Positions 46,474 through 58,727 of a stretch of DNA of 64,000 nt are shown piece after piece; the first letter of the stretch is position 1, and each line of letters begins with the position of its first letter. The notes under the pieces are model-generated. The model was not told where the DNA came from, ran no database searches, and was given only the letters and a program-made list of their open reading frames with translations. The stretch is from Macrostomum lignano (Eukaryota). Position numbers and translations under genes: made by a program. Location: NCBI GenBank assembly GCA_002269645.1, contig NIVC01003237.1, positions 1 through 64,000 of the forward strand, written 5' to 3'.

Positions 46474-49400
46474 TACAGTTATATACAGTGGCCCTTGACC
46501 CAAAGTTGATGGACGTCGCTGGTAAATAGGTATTTTATATTGCGCCAGCGCCGATGACGACGTTTCCCATTTTCCAGTGACATTACGTACTATGTAAGCC
46601 GACGTCGGATAGCTGTACATACATGATATCGTCGTCTATTACATGTATGTCCATGCATATAGTTGCACAAGCCTCACAATCATGCAATTCTGCAAGGACT
46701 ACTTAAATTAACCAGTGAAGTAGACTAAACGTGGGCCATTCTATAACTATACTTTAGCATGCAGTCCTCAATTGTGCTAAGCAGAAATTAAAGGCATTAA
46801 ATATTGATATATGTCTTATATGTACATGTACATATAGTATATATGGGGCCGAGAAATATAGAGCCTATCTACATGTACATGTAGGCATCATATGTATATG
46901 GGCCCAAATAGCAAAATGATAGACAAGTTTAATGCTATAAAAGGTTATAGGGAGCTGGCCACATCATCTCATCTGACGATTGAGGACTTCGCAAAATAAA
47001 GTTATTGCACGTAACTGTTGTACTACATGTAAATTTATATTTTTAGTTGCTGGCTGCGACAGGATCTCAGAAGTACACAATGTCTTTTCTCAATACTTGG
47101 ACATGTACGTATAAACTCGTACATGTTCATACTTAATTACAAGAGCAGCCATAATTGAAATAAAAATGTACATTTTTCATTTACATGTATGCTTATCGTT
47201 TATTCTCCTATAATTTCCTGCTATTTTGAGTCTAGCCTAGTTATACATTATATACGCTACGCTACTTGAAAACTGCATACAGACTTACATATGTACATAA
47301 TGTAACATGTACATTAAACAATAAAGCAGGATTAAGAGCATACATTGGTTAGCAAACTTTGGCAAGCAAGCTTTTCCCACAAACAATTGTCGTACTCCGT
47401 GTGCGGGCTAAAAGTCTCGCCTGCGACGCCAAAAGGAGTGGGGTGTCCATGTGCATGTACATGCGTAGTCCTAGATAATGGGATCAGTACGCTATATATA
47501 TGCTCTTATATTAGTTTCAAGAAATTAGTTAGTTAGTTAATTAGTTTCAAGAATTAGTTTCAAGAAATACTTTTACATTTATTTTAATGGCCTCTTCCTA
47601 CTACGAGTATAAAAGCCATGGCTCTTGTGGGTTCACCAAAAATTTTCCTCAATATCTTACATGTACATACTCGTACATACGTAACAGTATTTTTATTTGC
47701 CGCAACTTAATTGCTCGTAAATCAACCTGATAATTGGCTGTGCAACTGTGTTTTTTATTGATTGCTGCTGTCGTCAGCTGTGACATGTGTCGATAAACAA
47801 GTATAAATCATGCAAATGCGAGTTGTCACCCTTGCTCAAGGTGATAAATATCAGATAATGCATGTGTTACTCAGAATATGCTGGCTACTTATAGTCGCAC
47901 ACAGCGAGTGAGATTTAGACCCCCCTTCTGTCCCATTACTTGCCTAAGCTGCCTGACCAGGCAAGGCGGTTTTCAACATTTTCAACCGGTTATGCTAAAG
48001 CAATTAATCAATATACGCTTGTGTGCACTGAAATTCTGCGCGACAGCAAACCGCGTGTCCGAGGGCGAACAGATCGAGGGGGGTTCCAGCGGTTCCGCAG
48101 TCGAACGCCGATGCGTCAGAAAAAATCCCAGTCGAGTTGAAGCTACAGAATCCCCTAGGCGTGCCCATGGTATATATAAGCTCTCAAAACAGACCGCGCG
48201 CAGTCGGAAAAAATCCAGAAGATTTTGAGGAAGTGCCCACCATTGAACGCTGGCTCCCAGTTGGTTGACTGTCTGGTCTATAAAATCCGTTGTTGTTCCC
48301 TCCCCGCGGTGGCTGGCTGGGCGGCCAACCCCTGCGGCCATAGACATAGGGCAAGTCGCCCGCGGCCTATATAAGTCTTCAACTGTTTATACTCCGCCCC
48401 GCCGGACCATTGCAGCCCCAATATATTTGCATTCGGCCTTGCAGTTGCACTCGGACTTGAAAGCCGAGGGACCAAGAGAAAGAGGGGGAGGGGGCGTTAT
48501 GATGTAGAACAACAACAGAATTCATCAGCTGCTGCGGCGCAACACACACTCTCCTTCCCGTGACTTTTGCTTGGAATTTCTTTATATACTTTTTTTCTGC
48601 TTTAAGGCGCTGTGTTCAAAACGCGCTTACAGCAAAAATGCAGATAGATAAAGAAGAGAGAGAGGCATCAACCCCCACGCAGAGCCAACTGGCGCTCTGC
48701 AATATAATTTTGACAGGGATTTAGTCCCTTCGGATTCGGGAGATTCTCTGTTTTTCAAAAGCCACGGAACTGCACTTTAATAGCGCGGCGATCTGTTGGT
48801 GGCAGCATCAATTTTTTTACCGATTGTGCAGCTGCGCATTCTTGTTATGCCCGCAGTTGTTTTGTTTCCCTGCGCAAGTTGATTGACTAAAAAAGGCAAA
48901 CCTGTGCTAAAGCGATTCAGTTTTGATAGGCATCGGGCTTCGACAAAGTCCGAGAAGATTGTGCAGCAATTCGACTTGTCAGGCTTAGCCAGATCTGACA
49001 GCCGATCTTGGATGACTGGCGTCTACTTTGCCTGTTGAAGGGCATTTCTAGAATTTTGATGGTCAAAACCTTTTTGAGACATTTTGATCAAATAAGTTTT
49101 GAGGTGCATCCAAGGACTACTCCATTGGGAAACTACGTTTCTTAGAAACTGTTTACGACACTGGTTTTCGCCGAGAAATACACTAAGGAGATAGGAAGTT
49201 TTTTTTCAGCACAAAAATTGTTATTGCATTCGATAGGAGGCAAACCCAATGTTCATGTTTAGATAAGTTGTGCCTTTTTTATAGCTCAATAATTGCATAC
49301 AATTGCATATGTTCTGTGCCTAAAATCCTTTAAATGGCACGGCTCAGCTCATTGGTTTTATGAATATATTTTTTCATTCTCAGCTGACTGTAACAATATG

Positions 49401-49589
49401 TGCATCAGAGATGATAAAATGGATTCATAAACCAAAGATTCGACCAAAAGTGCCATGCATTTTTATGATTTTTAGGTACAGGAATTGTACGTGTAGAATA
49501 AAAAATTGACATTGATAATTGATGGAGGACCTTGGCGCAGCAGCACCTTCAGCGACATCGTCCCACAACCAGTGCTGAGGCAATTCTGC

Positions 49590-49835
49590 CCATTCCGCTG
49601 ACTCCTGAGCACACACAAGAGTGTCAATACTGTACTCAGGCACAGCACTCATGCAAACGCTCACACAGGGTGTACAGCGGCCCTGGCTTCCTAATCGTCA
49701 CACATGTACACTCTCCGTGCCTTGGTGATGGACCCTCTCATTTTTCGCGCACAAGCCTCAACTGAATGCGGCCGGACACGGAATCAAACCAGGGGGGGGG
49801 GGTTGCGACGCGAGAGTCAAAACGAGGCAAGGCGT
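49590..49835 (-). mobile_element. Dispersed repeat family B (probable tRNA-head SINE), copy 1
   Basis: Reverse-complement match to 56920-57125 (about 85% by eye over the first ~120 bp, patchy beyond); B-box-like GGTTTGATT on - strand near 49782-49790. Confidence 0.7.
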
Positions 49836-51064
49836 TGACAGCCGAGCTGCTCTCTGCCCCTTTGTGGCCTGGATGAGGGTTTGGCAGATTGAGATCCAGG
49901 GGCGGCGGATGTACTGTTGACCAGCTGATGATCAGCGAATTAACTCCGATAACGGTAAGGCCCCCCTAGAGCTAAGCAGACTTTAGCTTGACAAGATTCT
50001 ATAGAACCTATAGCTGGACTAAGAGATTACCAAAATCCGACTGTTTTCTTAGAGCCGCGGCAACAAAAATTGATTTGCGATTGGCGTTTCGAACACAATG
50101 TAGTCTGCCAATAATCCCTCTCGTAAACCGGTTGTAGGGGGGTCTAGAATTTATTCTTAGCAAAACAGCGCAGTGCAAACTGTGCAACAGGTTCTGCTGA
50201 CGAAAATACTATAAATTTTAGTGCAAAAGCGATAGAAGAAACATTGCTAAAGCACCTAAGAGTACTACACTTGTCAATGCCTTCCGATTGCTGGCTTTTG
50301 GCTTTCAAAATTCGCACTAAGCTTCTACTTGGCATGAAAAAAAATGTTTATTGGCTTCGGCCTTGCGTGCACTCGTCCCTCTCCTTACAGAAGTTCGATG
50401 ATGAAGGTTTGCGAAATGCCAACCAACCCGGGACAGCTTCTGATGAAGGAGACTTAACTCACTATAGTAGGGCAGTGAGTAAAAAAATCCACACATCTCT
50501 TCACTGTCTTATTTCTCAGCTTCAAGAAAAGCTCCGTCAGTTCAATCAAGGAGGCCCTGAACCAGAGCAACTGTTCAGCTTACGCAACAAAGATAAGCGA
50601 GCGTCTGGGTCATTTTTTAATAAACGATTTTTTTCGGGCTAGACATGCATTAACTTGTAAATTATCATTCTTTGACCAATTATTTCTACAGTGGCGGATG
50701 CAGACAAATTCGTTCGAGAAACATTCCGATTTCTTTAGAGCAGGAGTCCCGCAAACTTTTTTACCTCAAGGGCAAGATTCACAGAATCGGAGAGGGAGAT
50801 AGGAGGAGAGGAGAGGGAGAGAAGAGAAGACAGAGGAGAGATGGGAGAGAAGGTGAGGCTCGGGAGAGGAGAGAGAAAAGAAAGAGAGCTGAGAAGAGAT
50901 ACGGCGGGCCGGATTGCTATTGTGAAGCGGGTAGGTTTCACAAACGCAAAACTGCACAACTGCACAAACACGAAACTTCACAGTCGTTAAGTTTTTTGCA
51001 CTTACTTTCATATACGGCAGTCTTTTTAGCGGTTGTGGAGTTTCGCGGTTGTGAAAGCAACCCT

Positions 51065-51140
51065 TGTGAAGCTTCAAAGGACCCGAGGGCCGGATAGAGA
51101 GATTTGGCGGGCCGCGAGTGGCCGGAGTTTGCCGACCCTG
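51065..51140 (-). mobile_element. Terminus of a hAT/Charlie-like non-autonomous element
   Basis: Minus strand CAGGGTCGGCAAACTCCGGCCACTCGCGGCCCGCC...; homologous segment at 35436-35490 and partial at 23620-23670. Confidence 0.55.
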
Positions 51141-51899
51141 GCTTTAGAGCTATATAGTCGCCTGCTTCGAAAGACACGGAAACATATGCATTCTAAAAAT
51201 CTAAACGACTAGCTCATAGCTTCCAAAAGAGAACAAGTACATGAAAATCTGCTCAACCGAACGCCGACGCAGAAACTGTCTCATCTAAGAAGAGCATCTT
51301 TTGTGTGTCAAGTAAAAAGATGCCAGTCAGCCTAAAGCTGTCTGAAAGTGGTAAGGTTTGGAGAAGAGTGGCTACTCCAGATTCTGGTTCTGGGCCTCCT
51401 TGATCCAACGTAAAAGAGGATTTTCAACTCTTGAAAGCCAATGCAGGTCGAAGAGTTCTCTCTCCTCTCTCTCTCTCCTCCTATGGCCCTAGCTGAGGCT
51501 CCCTCTATGATTAAATTCTGGCCTAAGGTCTTGGCCAATAGGGACAGCCGGGATCCTCTGGCCTAAGTCCGCCTCGATCGCTTTACTTCCTTTCCATCGA
51601 AACTCCTCTCTCGCGTCAAGCGGCGCCCGACTCTTCATAACCACGGCTCACATACCTCTATCTCCTTCCTAGCGGGAGAATGCCGCCTGCAGTACTGAGC
51701 TTACTAAAATCGGGAAGTTGAGCCTCATAATTTGATCCCCTTACACACGCGCACAGACACAGCAACTAAGCTGCACTGTCAAAGGTCCTGCTTTGTCAAC
51801 ACTTCAGGTAAGACTGGCGCCCACTGATTCAATGCAAGTATAGAGAGACCAATAAAGCTGTTTCAAATAGAAAAATGAACCTTTATCAAGACGGAAGAT

Positions 51900-54800
51900 G
51901 CGGTGACTATGGAAGGTGCTAAGAGAGGACAGCGGTGGCTATGGAAGGGGCTAAGAGAGGACACCGAAGGATTAGAGAGAGAGAGAGGACAGCGGTGCTC
52001 ACCGAAGGATTAGAGAGAGGACAGCGGTGCTCACCGAAGGATTAGAGAGAGGACAGCGGTGCTCACCGAAGGATTAGAGAGAGAGGACAGCGGGGCTCAC
52101 CGAAGGATTAGAGAGAGAGAGGACAGCGGTGCTCACCGAAGGATTAGAGAGAGAGGACAGCGGTGCTCACTGAAGGATTAGAGAGAGAGAGAGGACAGCG
52201 GTGCTCACCGAAGGATTAGAGAGAGAGGACAGCGGTGCTCACCGAAGGATTAGAGAGAGAGGACAGCGGTGCTCACTGAAGGATTAGAGAGAGAGGACAG
52301 CGGTGCTCACCGAAGGATTAGAGAGAGGACAGCGGTGCTCACCGAAGGATTAGAGAGAGAGGACAGCGGTGCTCACCGAAGGATTAGAGAGAGAGAGAGG
52401 ACAGCGGTGCTCACCGAAGGATTAGAGAGAGAGAGAGGACAGCGGTGCTCACCGAAGGATTAGAGAGAGAGGACAGCGGTGCTCACCGAAGGATTAGAGA
52501 GAGGACAGCGGTGCTCACTGAAGGATTAGAGAGAGGACAGCGGTGCTCACTGAAGGATTAGAGAGAGGGGACAGCGGTGCTCACTGAAGGATTAGAGAGA
52601 GGACAGCGGTGCTCACTGAAGGATTAGAGAGAGGACAGCGGTGCTCACTGAAGGATTAGAGAGAGGACAGCGGTGCTCACCGAAGGATTAGAGAGAGGAC
52701 AGCGGTGCTCACTGAAGGATTAGAGAGAGGACAGCGGTGCTCACTGAAGGATTAGAGAGAGAGGACAGCGGTGCTCACCCAAGGATTAGAGAGAGGACAG
52801 CGGTGCTCACTGAAGGATTAGAGAGAGAGGACAGCGGTGCTCACCCAAGGATTAGAGAGAGGACAGCGGTGCTCACCCAAGGATTAGAGAGAGGACAGCG
52901 GTGCTCACCGAAGGATTAGAGAGAGAGGACAGCGGTGCTCACCGAAGGATTAGAGAGAGAGAGAGGACAGCGGTGCTCACTGAAGGATTAGAGAGAGAGA
53001 GAGGACAGCGGTGCTCACCGAAGGATTAGAGAGAGAGGACAGCGGTGCTCACCGAAGGATTAGAGAGAGGACAGCGGTGCTCACTGAAGGATTAGAGAGA
53101 GAGAGGACAGCGGTGCTCACTGAAGGATTAGAGAGAGGACAGCGGTGCTCACTGAAGGATTAGAGAGAGGACAGCGGTGCTCACCGAAGGATTAGAGAGA
53201 GGACAGCGGTGCTCACTGAAGGATTAGAGAGAGGACAGCGGTGCTCACTGAAGGATTAGAGAGAGGACAGCGGTGCTCACTGAAGGATTAGAGAGAGGAC
53301 AGCGGTGCTCACCGAAGGATTAGAGAGAGGACAGCGGTGCTCACTGAAGGATTAGAGAGAGAGAGGACAGCGGTGCTCACCGAAGGATTAGAGAGAGGAC
53401 AGCGGTGCTCACCGAAGGATTAGAGAGAGGACAGCGGTGCTCACTGAAGGATTAGAGAGAGAGAGGACAGCGGTGCTCACTGAAGGATTAGAGAGAGGAC
53501 AGCGGTGCTCACCGAAGGATTAGAGAGAGGACAGCGGTGCTCACTGAAGGATTAGAGAGAGAGAGGACAGCGGTGCTCACTGAAGGATTAGAGAGAGAGA
53601 GGACAGCGGTGCTCACTGAAGGATTAGAGAGAGGACAGCGGTGCTCACTGAAGGATTAGAGAGAGGACAGCGGTGCTCACCGAAGGATTAGAGAGAGGGG
53701 ACAGCGGTGCTCACTGAAGGATTAGAGAGAGGACAGCGGTGCTCACCGAAGGATTAGAGAGAGGACAGCGGTGCTCACTGAAGGATTAGAGAGAGAGAGA
53801 GGACAGCGGTGCTCACTGAAGGATTAGAGAGAGGACAGCGGTGCTCACCGAAGGATTAGAGAGAGAGGACAGCGGTGCTCACTGAAGGATTAGAGAGAGG
53901 ACAGCGGTGCTCACCGAAGGATTAGAGAGAGGACAGCGGTGCTCACTGAAGGATTAGAGAGAGAGGACAGCGGTGCTCACTGAAGGATTAGAGAGAGAGA
54001 GAGGACAGCGGTGCTCACTGAAGGATTAGAGAGAGAGAGAGGACAGCGGTGCTCACCGAAGGATTAGAGAGAGGACAGCGGTGCTCACTGAAGGATTAGA
54101 GAGAGAGAGGACAGCGGTGCTCACTGAAGGATTAGAGAGAGAGAGAGGACAGCGGTGCTCACCGAAGGATTAGAGAGAGAGGACAGCGGTGCTCACCGAA
54201 GGATTAGAGAGAGGACAGCGGTGCTCACCGAAGGATTAGAGAGAGGACAGCGGTGCTCACCGAAGGATTAGAGAGAGAGGACAGCGGTGCTCACCGAAGG
54301 ATTAGAGAGAGGACAGCGGTGCTCACCGAAGGATTAGAGAGAGAGGACAGCGGTGCTCACCGAAGGATTAGAGAGAGAGGACAGCGGTGCTCACCGAAGG
54401 ATTAGAGAGAGGACAGCGGTGCTCACTGAAGGATTAGAGAGAGAGAGGACAGCGGTGCTCACTGAAGGATTAGAGAGAGGACAGCGGTGCTCACTGAAGG
54501 ATTAGAGAGAGGACAGCGGTGCTCACCGAAGGATTAGAGAGAGGACAGCGGTGCTCACTGAAGGATTAGAGAGAGGACAGCGGTGCTCACTGAAGGATTA
54601 GAGAGAGGACAGCGGTGCTCACTGAAGGATTAGAGAGAGGACAGCGGTGCTCACCGAAGGATTAGAGAGAGGACAGCGGTGCTCACTGAAGGATTAGAGA
54701 GAGAGAGGACAGCGGTGCTCACCGAAGGATTAGAGAGAGGACAGCGGTGCTCACCGAAGGATTAGAGAGAGGACAGCGGTGCTCACTGAAGGATTAGAGA

Positions 54801-56288
54801 GAGAGAGGACAGCGGTGCTCACTGAAGGATTAGAGAGAGGACAGCGGTGCTCACCGAAGGATTAGAGAGAGGACAGCGGTGCTCACTGAAGGATTAGAGA
54901 GAGAGAGGACAGCGGTGCTCACTGAAGGATTAGAGAGAGAGAGGACAGCGGTGCTCACTGAAGGATTAGAGAGAGGACAGCGGTGCTCACTGAAGGATTA
55001 GAGAGAGGACAGCGGTGCTCACCGAAGGATTAGAGAGAGGGGACAGCGGTGCTCACTGAAGGATTAGAGAGAGGACAGCGGTGCTCACCGAAGGATTAGA
55101 GAGAGGACAGCGGTGCTCACTGAAGGATTAGAGAGAGAGAGAGGACAGCGGTGCTCACTGAAGGATTAGAGAGAGGACAGCGGTGCTCACCGAAGGATTA
55201 GAGAGAGAGGACAGCGGTGCTCACTGAAGGATTAGAGAGAGGACAGCGGTGCTCACCGAAGGATTAGAGAGAGGACAGCGGTGCTCACTGAAGGATTAGA
55301 GAGAGAGGACAGCGGTGCTCACTGAAGGATTAGAGAGAGAGAGAGGACAGCGGTGCTCACTGAAGGATTAGAGAGAGAGAGAGGACAGCGGTGCTCACCG
55401 AAGGATTAGAGAGAGGACAGCGGTGCTCACTGAAGGATTAGAGAGAGAGAGGACAGCGGTGCTCACTGAAGGATTAGAGAGAGAGAGAGGACAGCGGTGC
55501 TCACCGAAGGATTAGAGAGAGAGGACAGCGGTGCTCACCGAAGGATTAGAGAGAGGACAGCGGTGCTCACCGAAGGATTAGAGAGAGGACAGCGGTGCTC
55601 ACCGAAGGATTAGAGAGAGAGGACAGCGGTGCTCACCGAAGGATTAGAGAGAGGACAGCGGTGCTCACCGAAGGATTAGAGAGAGAGGACAGCGGTGCTC
55701 ACCGAAGGATTAGAGAGAGGACAGCGGTGCTCACCGAAGGATTAGAGAGAGAGGACAGCGGTGCTCACCCAAGGATTAGAGAGAGAGGACAGCGGTGCTC
55801 ACCCAAGGATTAGAGAGAGGACAGCGGTGCTCACCGAAGGATTAGAGAGAGAGGACAGCGGTGCTCACCCAAGGATTAGAGAGAGGACAGCGGTGCTCAC
55901 TGAAGGATTAGAGAGAGAGGACAGCGGTGCTCACCCAAGGATTAGAGAGAGGACAGCGGTGCTCACCCAAGGATTAGAGAGAGGACAGCGGTGCTCACTG
56001 AAGGATTAGAGAGAGGACAGCGGTGCTCACCGAAGGATTAGAGAGAGGACAGCGGTGCTCACTGAAGGATTAGAGAGAGAGGACAGCGGTGCTCACCCAA
56101 GGATTAGAGAGAGGACAGCGTTGCTCACTGAAGGATTAGAGAGAGAGGACAGCGGTGCTCACCCAAGGATTAGAGAGAGGACAGCGGTGCTCACCCAAGG
56201 ATTAGAGAGAGGACAGCGGTGCTCACTGAAGGATTAGAGAGAGGACAGCGGTGCTCACCGAAGGATTAGAGAGAGGACAGCGGTGCTC
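51900..56288. repeat. 4.4-kb minisatellite: GGACAGCGGTGCTCAC[C/T]GAAGGATTA plus variable (GA)n
   Basis: Direct reading; unit ~33-41 bp depending on GA number; internal ~1.34-kb higher-order duplication. Confidence 0.97.
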
Positions 56289-56919
56289 TTAGCTAAAGTA
56301 TGAGAGTTTGTAAAAAAGACGAGCTGAGCAAACAGATGCGGTACGAGTACCTGGGGCGGGGGCTGCTGTACAGGGCTGCTTCAGCCAGCCTCAACTCATA
56401 TCGGCCGTTTTAGCTCGACTTGAGTCCTTATCGAACTGTAATCTCGGCTAGCTTAGGTTGCGTTTGTACAGGAATTTTTTGGAGGAGAAGAAAATTTACC
56501 TGGCACCGAATTCAGGATTTCTTAGAAATTGACTGCCTTTTTCTTTACTTTTCTGCCACTCGGGGCAACTGCAAACCACGTGCGGGTGTTCTCCGGTGAT
56601 CGAGGAGCCATCCTCAAGCTTAGCTCCTTGCGGTCTGGATGTCCCGGCTTCCCAGACGTATTGATGAAGCGACACTGGGAGGCTGCAGAGGAAGACAGAA
56701 TGATCAATGGCCTGAGCAATATCCTGCTTTCTTTCTTCGCTATGCATCATCATATTCTTCCCATATGGGAAATGAACTCATGGACTAGAGGCTTTATCAA
56801 GGCTCCTGATGGTCTTTGCTTTATGGGCGAATGATGCTCGCTCCCTGCGCTTTCCTTACCGGATTTCCCGTGTTTTCCCTCTGCTCTTTGCTGCTCAAAT
56901 TCGTTGATTATTCTCAGTC

Positions 56920-57125
56920 TTCACTCGCTCTGATTCTCGCGCGACGACCCTTGGTTCGATTTAGAGTTGAGGCTTGGGCGCGAATATTGGCCGGGGGGGG
57001 GTTGTCGTACACGCCTGACGACTCGAAAGTCAGGGCTGCTGTACACCCTGTGTGAGCGTGTGCATGAGTGCGTGCCTGAGTACAGTATTGGCGCGCTTGT
57101 GTGTGCTCAGGAGTCTGCGGAATGG
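56920..57125 (+). mobile_element. Dispersed repeat family B (probable tRNA-head SINE), copy 2
   Basis: CCCTTGGTTCGATTT B-box near 56950; body GGGCTGCTGTACACCCTGTGTGAGCGTG...CTCAGGAGTC matches 49590-49710 inverted. Confidence 0.7.
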
Positions 57126-58056
57126 CTGTGAGGCGACGTCAGCCACATCCATCTCTTGATAATTATGATTATTCCCACCCAGTCTTCAATCCAGTCTCTA
57201 CCCGCCAACAATTTCGGCAGGGTTCCATAAATTTCGGCATCTAACCGTGATAAACCCGTGGCGTCACTCTGATCACATCTGATAAGCAGGTCTTCGCCTC
57301 TGCTCATTTGCATATCTGAGCAGGTCGACTAGAAAAAGTGACTCAGCCTTCATCTCCAGAATCTTCAGAAGTCGTTGAAGCGTTAAGCTGTGATGGGGAT
57401 TATTGGGGGGCGTGGATTTGAAGGCATTCGTCATATTGGGGCTTTGAAGGGATTTTAGGCAGAGAGCAGACCGCCCCTGTAACCATGCCAATGAAGCCCG
57501 CTTCTGCCTTCATCTCGCAGTAGGCTCCCACAGGACCCCAGCTGCCTCGCCTCATCTCCCCTGTCGAGGCATTCGCTTCCTTTTTTATTTTTCTCCCAAC
57601 AACCCGCTCCCTCCTCTCTCTCTCTCCTCCAGCCAGACATTTTACTCTGGTTTCTCTGTCGGCCCGCCCCCTTCCGCCCACTCGACTCTCTTTAACCGGA
57701 CTGAACCGTCAACGAGGTAAATTGAATTTTTGAGTCCTCCCCTCGCTGAGCAGACGAGTGACTCACCCGAAGCGTGTTGTATTTGATGAGTGCGGGCCTC
57801 ACTGAGTCAAACTGGCTTCATGTTCTGCGGCTGCACTGCCTTATTCTGCAGTGAGCTTTTCTGAGGTCGCTTGACCGCGGGCTTGACGGGGTTTGCGTGA
57901 GGCGCTCGACAAACTCGACAGCTTTATTGCCTCGGGTGAGCGGGGCGGGAGACTTCAGCTGTCCCAGGCGTCAATCCTGATTGCGTAAGAATTCCCATAG
58001 TTTAGCGTCACTTTCAACTAGGCTGTGTCTGGTGCTGGGAATAAAGGAAACCCGAC

Positions 58057-58216
<160 letters not shown>

Positions 58217-58217
58217 A

Positions 58218-58702
58218 CACTGAGGCACTGAGACACTGAGACACTGAGGCACTGAGGCACTGAGGCAATGAGACACCGAGGCACTGAGGCACTGAGACAC
58301 TGAGGCTCTGAGGCAATGAGGCACTGAGGCACTGAGGCACTGAGGCACTGAGGCACTGAGGCACTGAGGCAATGAGACACCGAGGCACTGAGGCACTGAG
58401 ACACTGAGGCTCTGAGGCAATGAGGCACTGAGGCACTGAGGCACTGAGGCACTGAGACACTGAGGCTCTGAGGCACTGAGGCACTGAGGCACTGAGGCAC
58501 TGAGACACTAAGACACTGAAGCACTGAGGCACTGAGGCACTGAGGCACTGAGGCACTGAGACACCGTGACACTGAGGCACTGAGACACTGAGGCACTGAG
58601 GCACTGAGGCACTGAGACACTGAGACACTGAGGCACTGAGGAACTGAGGCACTGAGGCACTGAGGCACTGAGGCACTGAGGCACTGAGGCACTGAGGCAC
58701 TA
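58218..58702. repeat. 8-bp (GGCACTGA)n degenerate tandem array, ending ~30 nt before the first Robo coding exon
   Basis: Direct reading. Confidence 0.95.
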
Positions 58703-58727
58703 AAGACAAACCCTGACGCCCCCGACA

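Noticed and set aside
50244-50642. 132-aa ORF (also 21047, 22894 and 56529 ORFs)
   Set aside because: No recognisable domain, no convincing splice sites and composition unlike the GC-rich true exons.
51900-56288. CRISPR-like repeat-spacer pattern
   Set aside because: The variable part is only (GA)n length, not unique spacers; eukaryotic context and no cas genes.
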